IMG/VR virus record: IMGVR_UViG_3300010882_000012
Length of the DNA: 64,000 nucleotides
Strand: one strand, 5' to 3'
Source: a virus
Taxonomy: Duplodnaviria; Caudoviricetes
Shown: positions 17,611 through 26,781 of the stretch, piece after piece
Layout: every line of letters starts with the position of its first letter
Position numbering within the stretch: position 1 is the first letter of the stretch
Position numbers and translations under genes: made by a program
Notes under the pieces: generated by a model
The model's database searches: none
The model's input: the letters and a program-made list of their open reading frames with translations, nothing else
Told to the model about the DNA's origin: nothing

Positions 17611-20322
17611 ATGATTACAAAGTTAAAAGAACGAATCAATATCCTAAAAGAAAGCACAACAAATCAAGAGATAATCATTTTGGCAGATGCAGCGATTAAT
17701 TCATGCAAACAAGCCCCTGAATACTTGCAATCCATGGTTGCAGAATCATTGATTAATGATTTGAAAGAGTATGATGATCCGGCGACTAAAAAGTTTATTG
17801 CAAGAGAACAAAGAATTTTAGCAATTGATAATTTAGGTTTAAAAGATCTTCTTACTAAGATTTCAGAAAGTGAGTTGATGTACAACCAACAAACCAAGTA
17901 TGCAATTACATCATATGCAGAAGCTTTGAAATATCAGCCGGAATACAGTCTTGTTGAAGGGATGGTTGTTGAATTAAATTGTTTGGGTTGGCATAAGCTT
18001 GTAGCAGAAGGTATTGCAACTATTCAAGAAAATTGTGAGAAGTACAAAGAGGAAATCTTTTTATGCAATTTCATTAATGAGATTAAGAATTCAGCTGGAG
18101 ATTACTTGACTAAATTTTTCATAACAGAGTTTGATAATTACTTTGTTAATAGAGATGAGTATTCAAAACAAGCTTTAATGGAAAAAATTGAACCATATCT
18201 CTATGATGGTAGAATGCAAAAACTTAGCAACTTTTTGAAAGAGACATCAGCAGGATTGCAAGCTTTTTCAGATAATATTGCAGAAGTATCAACTATCTAT
18301 TCTCCGGTTATCATTAAAGAAAACTCAGAAATTTTTTACAGTTCTGGTCAAATGTTGAAAAGAAATAATGGATCTTTAGTTCAATTATCAGAAGCAGAAT
18401 TAAGAGAAGTACCACAGTCATTCTACATGTTGGCAGAGTTTATCAATAGACCGATTGTAAAAATGGGTAACAATAAAGCCACTATTTACACTAGCGATAA
18501 GAAAGTTGAAGTATTAAAAGAAGGGGAAACTACAATTTTGAAATTGAATGGAAAACAAATGGCAGCTGAATCTTTTACTAAGTTTTTCATGAATGAAGGA
18601 ATTTTTAGAGCACAAGATAACAATGTTTTAGCAAATGTTTTGAATTTGTATGAAAACTTTGATTCAATTTACGAAATTGATTATGGCAAGAGGATATTCA
18701 GTAAAATTCATGAAGCACAATGGATTGATGTTTTCAAATTAGACAAAAATGTGGCAGCTATTAGAATTGATGCACAAAATGGTCTTAATGAGTTTTACAA
18801 TAGTTTGAATGCAGTACAGACAAAAGTTTTAGTACAAGAACATGTGGGATTTGATATTAGCAGATCATTTAGAGATTTGTTACCAAGTGAAGAAGCAAAA
18901 GTTAAAGAATACAATACTGAAATTGCTAAGATAGATGAAACAATTTTAAGTTTGAAAACAAAGAAAGAAGAAATTTTGACCGAAGTTAATGAAAGTGCTA
19001 TTTTAAGAAATGATGCAACTATTAAAGAACTTTTAGAAGCAATTGATACTGAAATTTCAAAATTACAAGAGTCTAAATCAATGTTTAACAACATCTTAGA
19101 AAAGTTTAGTACTATCAGTATTGGTTTTAAGCAAGAAGAGTTTGTGAATGAAAAAGGTGGAGCAAGTTCAGAAATTGAAGAATTTTGGATGGATCATAAA
19201 AACAAAGATTTGACTGTTTATTTTGCACAAGATCAAGAAGATGGAACAGGAAAATGGTTAGTAGGTGAGCAAGTATTATCAGATTTTAAAGCAGGTTTGA
19301 TTTGGAATTTAGTTGAAGATGATCTTTCAAAAGCGGCAGCAATTAAAATGGCAAAAGATTTAGCAAAGAAAGATGATAAAGGACACTATTTTGAAACAGA
19401 AGAAGCAGTTTTTACTTTTGAAAGTAAAGTAGATGAAAGTGAAATTAAAGACGTTTGGAACAATAGAGATGAATACCTTGGATATTTAGGAAGTTTGTTA
19501 AAAGGAAAAAAAAATTCTGAAAAAGAGTACATCCTTGATAAACATGGTTTTTTGAGTGCTAAGTACAAAGTAACGGGTGCAGAATTTAAAGCTTTCTTTG
19601 AGTCAGAACAAATTGATGAATCTAAAGATCCTGATGGAAATGAGAAGTTTGATAAAAAGCATACTAAAGTAAAAGAAAGCAGTCCTTCAAGTTCTAATGA
19701 ATTAGGAGTCGGAGATAAAATCCGTATGCCTAATGGAAAACTTGGAACTATTGCAAGTATTGATGAAACAAATGGCAAGATAATTGCAAACATGGAAGAT
19801 GGTAAAGCCGTTGAAGTTCCTAAAAATCGTGCACATGAGCTAGAAATAGTAGAGCATAAATCCGATGGTAAACAACCTATCAAAACTTCAGACGGTTCAC
19901 AATCGGTTCAGGTTAAAGAAGGTAAAAACGATGAAACAAGAGTAATTGTTTCTTTAGAGATGTTTGGAACTAACAATTTTAAGATGATTGAAGTTGATGC
20001 TAAAGCTTTTGGTGTTGAAGTACAATTAAATGGAAAAGCAGTTTTAGTAACTGGAACATATGATGATATTTCAGCTTTTGTAGAAGATACAATACCTAAT
20101 CGAAAAGATCAAGTAGAAATAATTGGACAAATGGAGTCAGAACAAGTTCAAGAAAATCAAGATGAATGGGTTGCAGCGCAAGCAATTATCAAAGGTAAGA
20201 AAGAACCTGTGAAAGTAATGGCAATTGAATACACAACAGGCGGAGATGATGATTTGATAACAATTGATTTCAAAGGAAAAATTATGCAAATTGAGAAAAA
20301 ATTTGTGAATGTTAGTCTTTAA
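17611..20322 (+). CDS. large late protein, probable prohead core/internal head protein
   Basis: Late motif upstream; coiled coil; many hydrophobic-X-E sites; probable start ATG at 17611. Confidence 0.5.
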   Translation: MITKLKERINILKESTTNQEIIILADAAINSCKQAPEYLQSMVAESLINDLKEYDDPATKKFIAREQRILAIDNLGLKDLLTKISESELMYNQQTKYAITSYAEALKYQPEYSLVEGMVVELNCLGWHKLVAEGIATIQENCEKYKEEIFLCNFINEIKNSAGDYLTKFFITEFDNYFVNRDEYSKQALMEKIEPYLYDGRMQKLSNFLKETSAGLQAFSDNIAEVSTIYSPVIIKENSEIFYSSGQMLKRNNGSLVQLSEAELREVPQSFYMLAEFINRPIVKMGNNKATIYTSDKKVEVLKEGETTILKLNGKQMAAESFTKFFMNEGIFRAQDNNVLANVLNLYENFDSIYEIDYGKRIFSKIHEAQWIDVFKLDKNVAAIRIDAQNGLNEFYNSLNAVQTKVLVQEHVGFDISRSFRDLLPSEEAKVKEYNTEIAKIDETILSLKTKKEEILTEVNESAILRNDATIKELLEAIDTEISKLQESKSMFNNILEKFSTISIGFKQEEFVNEKGGASSEIEEFWMDHKNKDLTVYFAQDQEDGTGKWLVGEQVLSDFKAGLIWNLVEDDLSKAAAIKMAKDLAKKDDKGHYFETEEAVFTFESKVDESEIKDVWNNRDEYLGYLGSLLKGKKNSEKEYILDKHGFLSAKYKVTGAEFKAFFESEQIDESKDPDGNEKFDKKHTKVKESSPSSSNELGVGDKIRMPNGKLGTIASIDETNGKIIANMEDGKAVEVPKNRAHELEIVEHKSDGKQPIKTSDGSQSVQVKEGKNDETRVIVSLEMFGTNNFKMIEVDAKAFGVEVQLNGKAVLVTGTYDDISAFVEDTIPNRKDQVEIIGQMESEQVQENQDEWVAAQAIIKGKKEPVKVMAIEYTTGGDDDLITIDFKGKIMQIEKKFVNVSL

Positions 20323-20350
20323 TCTTAGACTAATTTTTTGATAAAAATCT

Positions 20351-20380
20351 AGGTCCTACCAGAAATGATAGGACCTCTTT
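20351..20380 (+). terminator. intrinsic terminator
   Basis: AGGTCCTA...TAGGACCT hairpin followed by CTTT. Confidence 0.65.
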
Positions 20381-20458
20381 GATTACCAAAACTTTTTGCA
20401 AATTCCGTGTTAAAATAGTAAGGAATTGCAAAACAAAGATTAAAAAGATGAAGGATGA

Positions 20459-20845
20459 ATGCCGGCAATAAAGGAACCAAAAGCTCCCAAGGAAAAGAAA
20501 ACTAATTACTTAGATCCTCAAGAATTTAGAGAAGAAATGCTAAAATCTAGAGAACAAGATGAATTGACACCAAAAGCAGTTCAGATGTTTAGAATAATGA
20601 GTCATGAAAATGCAAAGAGACGTACCTACAAATTCGAAGAGGACAGAGAAGATTGTGTTGCTTGTGGTGTTTTAGATTGTTTACTTTATTGGCGAGGTTG
20701 GGATCCTGAAAAGGGTGCTAACTGTTTTGCATACTTTACTACTGTTGTTTACAATGGATTACAGAAAGGTTGGAAAAGGCTTAATGGAAAAATTAAGTAC
20801 TCTCAAAAAGTTAGTTTAAGCCATCAAAATCTCTACAATATCTAA
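20459..20845 (+). CDS. gp55: late transcription sigma factor (gp55-like)
   Basis: NYLD, DREDC, WDPEKGANCFAYFT match the gp55 pattern. Confidence 0.82.
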   Translation: MPAIKEPKAPKEKKTNYLDPQEFREEMLKSREQDELTPKAVQMFRIMSHENAKRRTYKFEEDREDCVACGVLDCLLYWRGWDPEKGANCFAYFTTVVYNGLQKGWKRLNGKIKYSQKVSLSHQNLYNI

Positions 20846-20850
20846 CCAAG

Positions 20851-21495
20851 ATGAACGTAAACAATGATATCAAGAATTTAAAGCCTCAAAAAGGAACTTT
20901 CATTAATGGATTGTATCATATCCAACATCCTGAAAAGTACATCGGTGATGTTATGAAGTGCATATTTCGATCTTCATATGAGAAAAAATTCATGATTTAT
21001 TGTGATTCTAATGATAGAATAGTAAAATGGGCAAGTGAACCATTTCCAATTGTTTACTTTAATCCTGTGGATAAAAAAGAACATCGTTATTTTGTTGATT
21101 TCTACATCAAGTTAGAACAAGAAGATGGAACAATACAAGAATACTTAGTCGAGGTTAAACCAAAAGCAAAATTACAACCTCCAATATTAAAAGGACATCC
21201 AACAAACAGAACAATAAATCAGATTAAGTTGTACAATGCACAGTGCAAAGAATACATCACAAATTGGGCTAAATTTAAAGCAATTAAAGTTTTTTGTGAA
21301 TTGCACAATAAAAAGTTTTTGTTAGTAACTGAAGATTTTTTATTCGGAGAAAACTACAAAAAGGGAGTTGGAATTGAAAAACCAAAGAAAACTGAAAAAC
21401 AAAAACAAGCAGATAGAGAACTAAAGAAAAAACGTAAAGCCAAGAAAGAAATGGAATTGCGGATAAAATCTCAAGAATTAAATGGAAAATCCTAA
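20851..21495 (+). CDS. gp4: head completion nuclease (gp4-like, TnsA-type)
   Basis: PEKYIGD, FRSSYE, WASEP, RYFVDF, VEVKP, LVTE. Confidence 0.88.
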   Translation: MNVNNDIKNLKPQKGTFINGLYHIQHPEKYIGDVMKCIFRSSYEKKFMIYCDSNDRIVKWASEPFPIVYFNPVDKKEHRYFVDFYIKLEQEDGTIQEYLVEVKPKAKLQPPILKGHPTNRTINQIKLYNAQCKEYITNWAKFKAIKVFCELHNKKFLLVTEDFLFGENYKKGVGIEKPKKTEKQKQADRELKKKRKAKKEMELRIKSQELNGKS

Positions 21496-22201
21496 AGACT
21501 ATTACAAAAAGAATGCTGGTAATAGTAGCATAAGAGAAGAGACATATCAGTACTTTCTTGAGAAGTACATCAAGGGAGATGTTTCTAAATTTGCTTTAGA
21601 ATTACATGAAGGTTCTAAGATTAGCCATAATCAAAAACCGTTTTGGATTCCTGGTCGTGTTTACACCTATGAGTATGATCCTAAGTACAAAGATGTTTTA
21701 GATTGGTATGATACAAGACCTATGATGATGTGCATGGGAATAGAACATAATGAGAATACAGGTAATGATTTAGTATGGGGAATTAATCTTAGTTTTCTTC
21801 CAGAACAAGTGCGTACAACGGTTTTACAATTTTATTGGGATGCTTTTAGAAAAGAAATTGAACATGCTGAAAAATCATTTTGGGAAGGAAAACTTTTCTT
21901 AACTGTTCAAAAAGTAGTTGATTTTATTAAGAACTGGGTTTTACAACTAAAAATTTTCTCAAATCAAAACACTAATCTTAGTTTTGCATACAGAAAGTAC
22001 ATCATTGCTGGACCAGATGCAGGTAGAATACGTAATGCAACTTTAGTAGAATACACCGATTGGTCAAAATCAGTCTTTTTTGCGAGTAAAGAGATTCAAA
22101 AAGTAGGATTGGCTGAAATCTACAATTTGTACTGGAAAAATCTTCCAAAGAATATCAAAAGAGACAAAAAGAATAGTACAAACAAGAAACTAAAGAAATA
22201 G
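21482..22201 (+). CDS. gp2: DNA end protector protein (gp2-like)
   Basis: PGRVYTYEYDPKYK..L.WYD.RP and GINLSFLP; next to gp4. Confidence 0.75.
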   Translation: MENPKDYYKKNAGNSSIREETYQYFLEKYIKGDVSKFALELHEGSKISHNQKPFWIPGRVYTYEYDPKYKDVLDWYDTRPMMMCMGIEHNENTGNDLVWGINLSFLPEQVRTTVLQFYWDAFRKEIEHAEKSFWEGKLFLTVQKVVDFIKNWVLQLKIFSNQNTNLSFAYRKYIIAGPDAGRIRNATLVEYTDWSKSVFFASKEIQKVGLAEIYNLYWKNLPKNIKRDKKNSTNKKLKK

Positions 22202-22212
22202 CAATAGAAAAA

Positions 22213-22231
22213 CTGGAATAGATAGTAAAAG
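22213..22231 (+). promoter_or_regulatory. late-promoter motif (CTGGAATAGATAGTAAAAG)
   Basis: Consensus match upstream of portal. Confidence 0.7.
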
Positions 22232-22264
22232 GTAAGGACCTTAAAGTAAAAAGAAAGAAAACCG

Positions 22265-23932
22265 ATGGCTGGTTTCATAGAATACGGTGTAGATGGTACA
22301 ACAAAAAGTTTAGCAGGTAATTTTGGTGTAGCAAAATCATTAAGAAAACTTGCTAGATTAGGAATGGACTATGATGATATGGTCATTAAGAACTCTATGG
22401 CGATAGGGCAAACCGAAAGTGCAATGGGTAATGATGGTTTTATGCCTGTAGAATTTTTGTACTCATTGGCTTATGCTGACATCTCACAAAAAAAGTACAT
22501 TGCTTATTTTGACAAATCTTTAAAAAATCGTAGAGATTACATCCGTAAATTTGCAATGAACTCTGAAATTGATTTTATTCTAGAGACTATTGCAGATGAA
22601 GCCATTGTTTATGATGAACGTAATTTTTTCTGTAGACCATCACTTGCCAACCTCCGCAAAATTCTTTCTGAAGATATTGAGTCAGAAGTAGTTAACTATG
22701 TTTGGAATGCTTTTACTTCAATTTACTATGCACACCATTTTATTGAAGGTTTTGATGCATGGGGTTATTTTAAACAATTTTTAATTGATGGATTTCTTGC
22801 TTTTGAAATCATTTGGGATAAAACAGGTGAAAATATCATTGGTTTTAAAGAGTTAGATCCTCTTTCACTTTATCCAAAAATGGAAAAAGGAAAAGATGGA
22901 TTACTTGAAAAAGTTTGGGTACAATATGAAGACATCCCAGCAATGAAAAGAAAACTTTTTGATTCTCAAATTATCTACCTTAGTTACTCAAAAGCTAATT
23001 TTATTGGTCGTACATCATACACTGAAAGATTAATCCGTTCTTTTAACTTGCTTAGGATTTTAGAGAATTCTCGTATTATTTGGAATATCATGAACTCAAG
23101 TTACAGAATTAAGATGATTGTGCCTATTGGAACTAAATCTCCACAAAAAGCAAAAGAAAGCTTAGGTGAAATGATGGCGCTATACAAAGAAGATATCAAT
23201 CTTGATATGGATTCCGGAGAACTTTCAGTAAATGGTAGACCAAGTATGCAATTTTACAAAAACTACCTCTTTCCAAGTAAAAATGGTGAAGAACCAACCA
23301 TTGAAACAATGGGTTCAGATGGATATGATCTTAGTGATACTGATGCTTTAAAGTACTTTGAAAACAAACTTAGAAGAGACAGTAAAATTCCATTTGAAAG
23401 ATTTGATAGAGAAGGAGGCGGCGGAACTTGGACAAATGATGCAACCTCAATAAACAGAGAAGAAATTCGGTTTGGTAAGTTCATTAACAGATTAAGGTCA
23501 CAATTTAATGAAATTTTGCTAAAACCATTAATTTTGCAAACCTTGCAAAAATTTCCGAGTTTGAAAGATGATGTAATGTTTAGGACAAGTATCGGGCTTG
23601 ATTATGAAGAAGAGAACTTGTTCCAGGAAAGCAAAGAAATGACCATATTTGGTGCCAGAGTAGATTTTGTGAATAATATGGCCAGCCTAATGGTAAGTGA
23701 GCCAGATGACACCGGAATGACAAATGAAGTACCATTTTTTGATGGATTGTTTCTTGCTGAAAGATTTTTGAAAATGAGTAACGCAGATTTGGAATTAAAT
23801 CAAAAGTACGTTAATAGACGTAAGAAAGGACTTGATCCACGGACGGGTAAAAAAATTCCAGCTCCTAAACCAGCGGAAGGTTCTGGTGGAGGTTCTTCAG
23901 ATGAACCGGATAGTATTAGTTTAGATGTTTAA
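22265..23932 (+). CDS. gp20: portal vertex protein (gp20-like)
   Basis: EID..LE.IADEAIV, ELDP, N.LRILEN, YFENKL...KIP, REEIRF.KFI.RLR.QF. Confidence 0.9.
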   Translation: MAGFIEYGVDGTTKSLAGNFGVAKSLRKLARLGMDYDDMVIKNSMAIGQTESAMGNDGFMPVEFLYSLAYADISQKKYIAYFDKSLKNRRDYIRKFAMNSEIDFILETIADEAIVYDERNFFCRPSLANLRKILSEDIESEVVNYVWNAFTSIYYAHHFIEGFDAWGYFKQFLIDGFLAFEIIWDKTGENIIGFKELDPLSLYPKMEKGKDGLLEKVWVQYEDIPAMKRKLFDSQIIYLSYSKANFIGRTSYTERLIRSFNLLRILENSRIIWNIMNSSYRIKMIVPIGTKSPQKAKESLGEMMALYKEDINLDMDSGELSVNGRPSMQFYKNYLFPSKNGEEPTIETMGSDGYDLSDTDALKYFENKLRRDSKIPFERFDREGGGGTWTNDATSINREEIRFGKFINRLRSQFNEILLKPLILQTLQKFPSLKDDVMFRTSIGLDYEEENLFQESKEMTIFGARVDFVNNMASLMVSEPDDTGMTNEVPFFDGLFLAERFLKMSNADLELNQKYVNRRKKGLDPRTGKKIPAPKPAEGSGGGSSDEPDSISLDV

Positions 23933-23938
23933 AAAGAT

Positions 23939-23960
23939 AAAGAGGATTTAAATCCTCTTT
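23939..23960. terminator. bidirectional terminator, perfect 22-bp palindrome
   Basis: AAAGAGGATTT/AAATCCTCTTT between convergent genes, flanked by A and T runs. Confidence 0.75.
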
Positions 23961-23962
23961 TT

Positions 23963-25987
23963 TTATTTAATTAAAATCACAAATTCTTTATTTTCTCCAA
24001 AGTGACTTTTATTCTTTATCTCTTCAACTATGAAGTCTTTATACTTTTCTGTTTTATCAACTACAAAAAGATAACTTTCACACTTAAAGTTCTTTAAACA
24101 TATATCAATCCACTCATCACAACTTAAATCCTTTTGGCCTTCAAACCAAATCTCTTTCATATTATAAGGAGGGCAAGTAAATAAGCATTCATAAGTTCCT
24201 TCACATTCAAAAACATCTTTAACTTCTAAAAAAACATTTTCTATATCAAAATACTTTACAATTTCTTTAGATTCATTAATTACTATAGAATTTATATCTT
24301 GACCTATATATCTTTTACTTAAAGCAACTGTTCCTAACATTCTCCCTGAATATCCACTAAAAGGATCAAAGATTTCCCGATATTGATCCAGATACTTTTC
24401 TATTAAAGTTCTTGCTAAAGAAGGTTGAAATATAGTTACTTTCGGGGCTATTTTTGAAATATTAAATCCTTCTAAAATTCTGGATGGATCTATATTATTT
24501 TTATAAATAAATCTATTTTTTATAGCTCTAAGTAATAAATCATCTTGAAACCATGCTTCATAAGGTGAAAATTTTGCAACTTTAGATTTCCAAATAGAAT
24601 AATGAAAATGTCTTATAATTTTATCTCCTATTTGTGATTTTAATAAAAAATATTTATAATCTTTTAGTTGTTGGAAACTTGTTTTCAATATTTCATTTGA
24701 ATAAATTGGATATGGAAATTCTATAGATCTACACCAATTAAAAAGATTTTGAATATACTCATCATAATTCATTTCTAAAACATTAAAAAGTTCTTTAATT
24801 CCTTCTTCAAATTGTGATTCTAAAATTACTATAAATTTTACATTTTTTGGAATAAATAATATTCTATTTATATCAGGTTCTATATTTACTTTTTTACCAT
24901 TTTGATCTCCATAATATCCATGATAGTATAATCCATCACATTCAACCAAACAAATTAATTCAGTTTTTTCAATATCTTTAAATATTGCAAAATCAAAAGT
25001 TTTTGTGCAATTATCTCCTTGTATTGTATATAAATGTTCAAAAATTATACCCCTATTTGTTAAAACTTCTATCATTTTCTTTTCTAATTTTGAAAATTTA
25101 GAAGATTTTACTATTTTTGAACGAATTTCTTTTAAACAAAGTAAATATTTAACACCATATTTTTCTAAATTAGATTGAATAATTTTATCCTGAATAATAT
25201 TTGATTGAAATGGCCATTTGGTACCATAACGTTCTAAATTTGTTATATTTGTTTTATCCTGAATTTCTTTACATTTCATTGGATTATCCGTACCATATTT
25301 ATCAAAAAAGGTTTGTTTGCGTTTTTCTTGAAATTGTATAACATTACTAGGATTTTCAACACCATATTTTTTTAAATTTGTAGCAATTACTTTTTCTCGA
25401 ATTTCTTTAGATTGTCCCGGATTTTCAACACCATAATTTTGTTTTAATGTTTTTTTTTGTTTTTCTTGACAAATACTAGATTGAAATGGAAAATCTACAC
25501 CTAATTTATTTCTTATTGATTGTCTTACAGATTCTAATTGATATGCGTTTGTAACACCATGCCGTTCTATTAAAGTATTAATTATTTTTTCTCGAATTTC
25601 TTTAGATTGCCCCGGATTTTCAACACCATAATTTTTTAATAATGTCTGTTTTCCTTTCTCCTGAATTTCTTTACATTTCATTGGATTATCAACACCATAT
25701 TTATTAATAAAAGTTTGTTTTGCTTTTGCTTTTTGGATTATTTTAATACATTCTTTTTTTCCACATGTTTTATAATAATCTTTTATATAAAATTTTAATA
25801 ATTTATTACAATTTAAACATCTTTTTGGTTCTATTAAATTATTAAGTAATAAATAAATTTTTTCTTGATATGTTTCTATATTAGGAAATAAATTATCAAT
25901 TTCTTCTTTATTTTCTAAGTAAAGTTTTTCTTTTTTTGTCCAATGAAAATTAAAAAAATTATTTAATTTTTCTTTTAGTTCTTCCAT
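23963..25987 (-). CDS. fusion protein: Zn-finger + YGVxNP repeats + Vsr-like endonuclease + amino-type DNA methyltransferase domain (copy A)
   Basis: CLNC..C..C; YGVENPGQSKEI repeats; FDFAIF..VECDGLYYHG; DPFSGYSGR (motif I); FTCPPY (motif IV). Confidence 0.75.
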   Translation of the reverse strand: MEELKEKLNNFFNFHWTKKEKLYLENKEEIDNLFPNIETYQEKIYLLLNNLIEPKRCLNCNKLLKFYIKDYYKTCGKKECIKIIQKAKAKQTFINKYGVDNPMKCKEIQEKGKQTLLKNYGVENPGQSKEIREKIINTLIERHGVTNAYQLESVRQSIRNKLGVDFPFQSSICQEKQKKTLKQNYGVENPGQSKEIREKVIATNLKKYGVENPSNVIQFQEKRKQTFFDKYGTDNPMKCKEIQDKTNITNLERYGTKWPFQSNIIQDKIIQSNLEKYGVKYLLCLKEIRSKIVKSSKFSKLEKKMIEVLTNRGIIFEHLYTIQGDNCTKTFDFAIFKDIEKTELICLVECDGLYYHGYYGDQNGKKVNIEPDINRILFIPKNVKFIVILESQFEEGIKELFNVLEMNYDEYIQNLFNWCRSIEFPYPIYSNEILKTSFQQLKDYKYFLLKSQIGDKIIRHFHYSIWKSKVAKFSPYEAWFQDDLLLRAIKNRFIYKNNIDPSRILEGFNISKIAPKVTIFQPSLARTLIEKYLDQYREIFDPFSGYSGRMLGTVALSKRYIGQDINSIVINESKEIVKYFDIENVFLEVKDVFECEGTYECLFTCPPYNMKEIWFEGQKDLSCDEWIDICLKNFKCESYLFVVDKTEKYKDFIVEEIKNKSHFGENKEFVILIK

Positions 25988-26084
25988 TTTTTATTATTAT
26001 TTTATAAAATGTTCTCATTCATCTACACTATATTTTAATATATATTCAAATTTTTCAAAAGTTTTTTATATTTTTAAAATAAAA

Positions 26085-26106
26085 AAGGAGATAAATTTAT
26101 CTCCTT
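26085..26106 (-). terminator. terminator after tail tube, perfect 22-bp palindrome
   Basis: AAGGAGATAAA/TTTATCTCCTT with a T-run on the minus strand. Confidence 0.75.
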
Positions 26107-26134
26107 AATTTTATAACATATTGTTATTCAAGAA

Positions 26135-26701
26135 CTAAAGCCATACTTCATCCCAGTCGTCTACTCGTAATTTATATCCAGTTACTCTGTAGATGTCATC
26201 GGATTCCCAATCAACATCATTTGGTCCAACTACTTGCGTCATTGGAATACAAACTTGATAAGTAATCTGTCTAAAGATGTCACCATTAGCATTAAACTGA
26301 GTAACAACCAATGGACCTCCATGATAATCACGTTTCATTCCCCATTTACCTGTCAACGGATTAAAAGCTAAATCTGACCATTGTCTAAGGGCTTTGTAGA
26401 CGTACATTGAATTACTATCATTAAGGTTAACCTCAAATTCTAATGTTAGATCATGAGAATTTTCCATTGGTTTACCACCAACATAGCTTCTGTGTGCACC
26501 TTTGTATGATTGTTGTTGGACGTTCATATCTCCATCTTGACTACCAAGAAGACCATCAATTTTGATGATGTTGTTCATTACTAATGGCCAGTCTGATATT
26601 CCACTTGGAGGAGTTATCATTACGTCAAAGTAAGCTTTAAACACCGGATCCCAGTGTTTCATTGCTGCAATTGAGTTTTTATAGTGAGGTAAACCTGCCA
26701 T
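26135..26701 (-). CDS. gp19: tail tube protein (gp19-like)
   Basis: 188 aa, immediately downstream of sheath; LTLEF, ..RQW, D.W terminus. Confidence 0.8.
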   Translation of the reverse strand: MAGLPHYKNSIAAMKHWDPVFKAYFDVMITPPSGISDWPLVMNNIIKIDGLLGSQDGDMNVQQQSYKGAHRSYVGGKPMENSHDLTLEFEVNLNDSNSMYVYKALRQWSDLAFNPLTGKWGMKRDYHGGPLVVTQFNANGDIFRQITYQVCIPMTQVVGPNDVDWESDDIYRVTGYKLRVDDWDEVWL

Positions 26702-26741
26702 AATTTTCTATCTTTTTTTATCGTTTTGTTCAATTAAAATT

Positions 26742-26773
26742 AGGGAGATTAACTTTAGAGAATTAATCTCCCT
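26742..26773 (-). other. intergenic stem-loop between sheath and tube genes
   Basis: AGGGAGATTAA...TTAATCTCCCT, 11-bp stem. Confidence 0.55.
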
Positions 26774-26781
26774 TATTCTTA

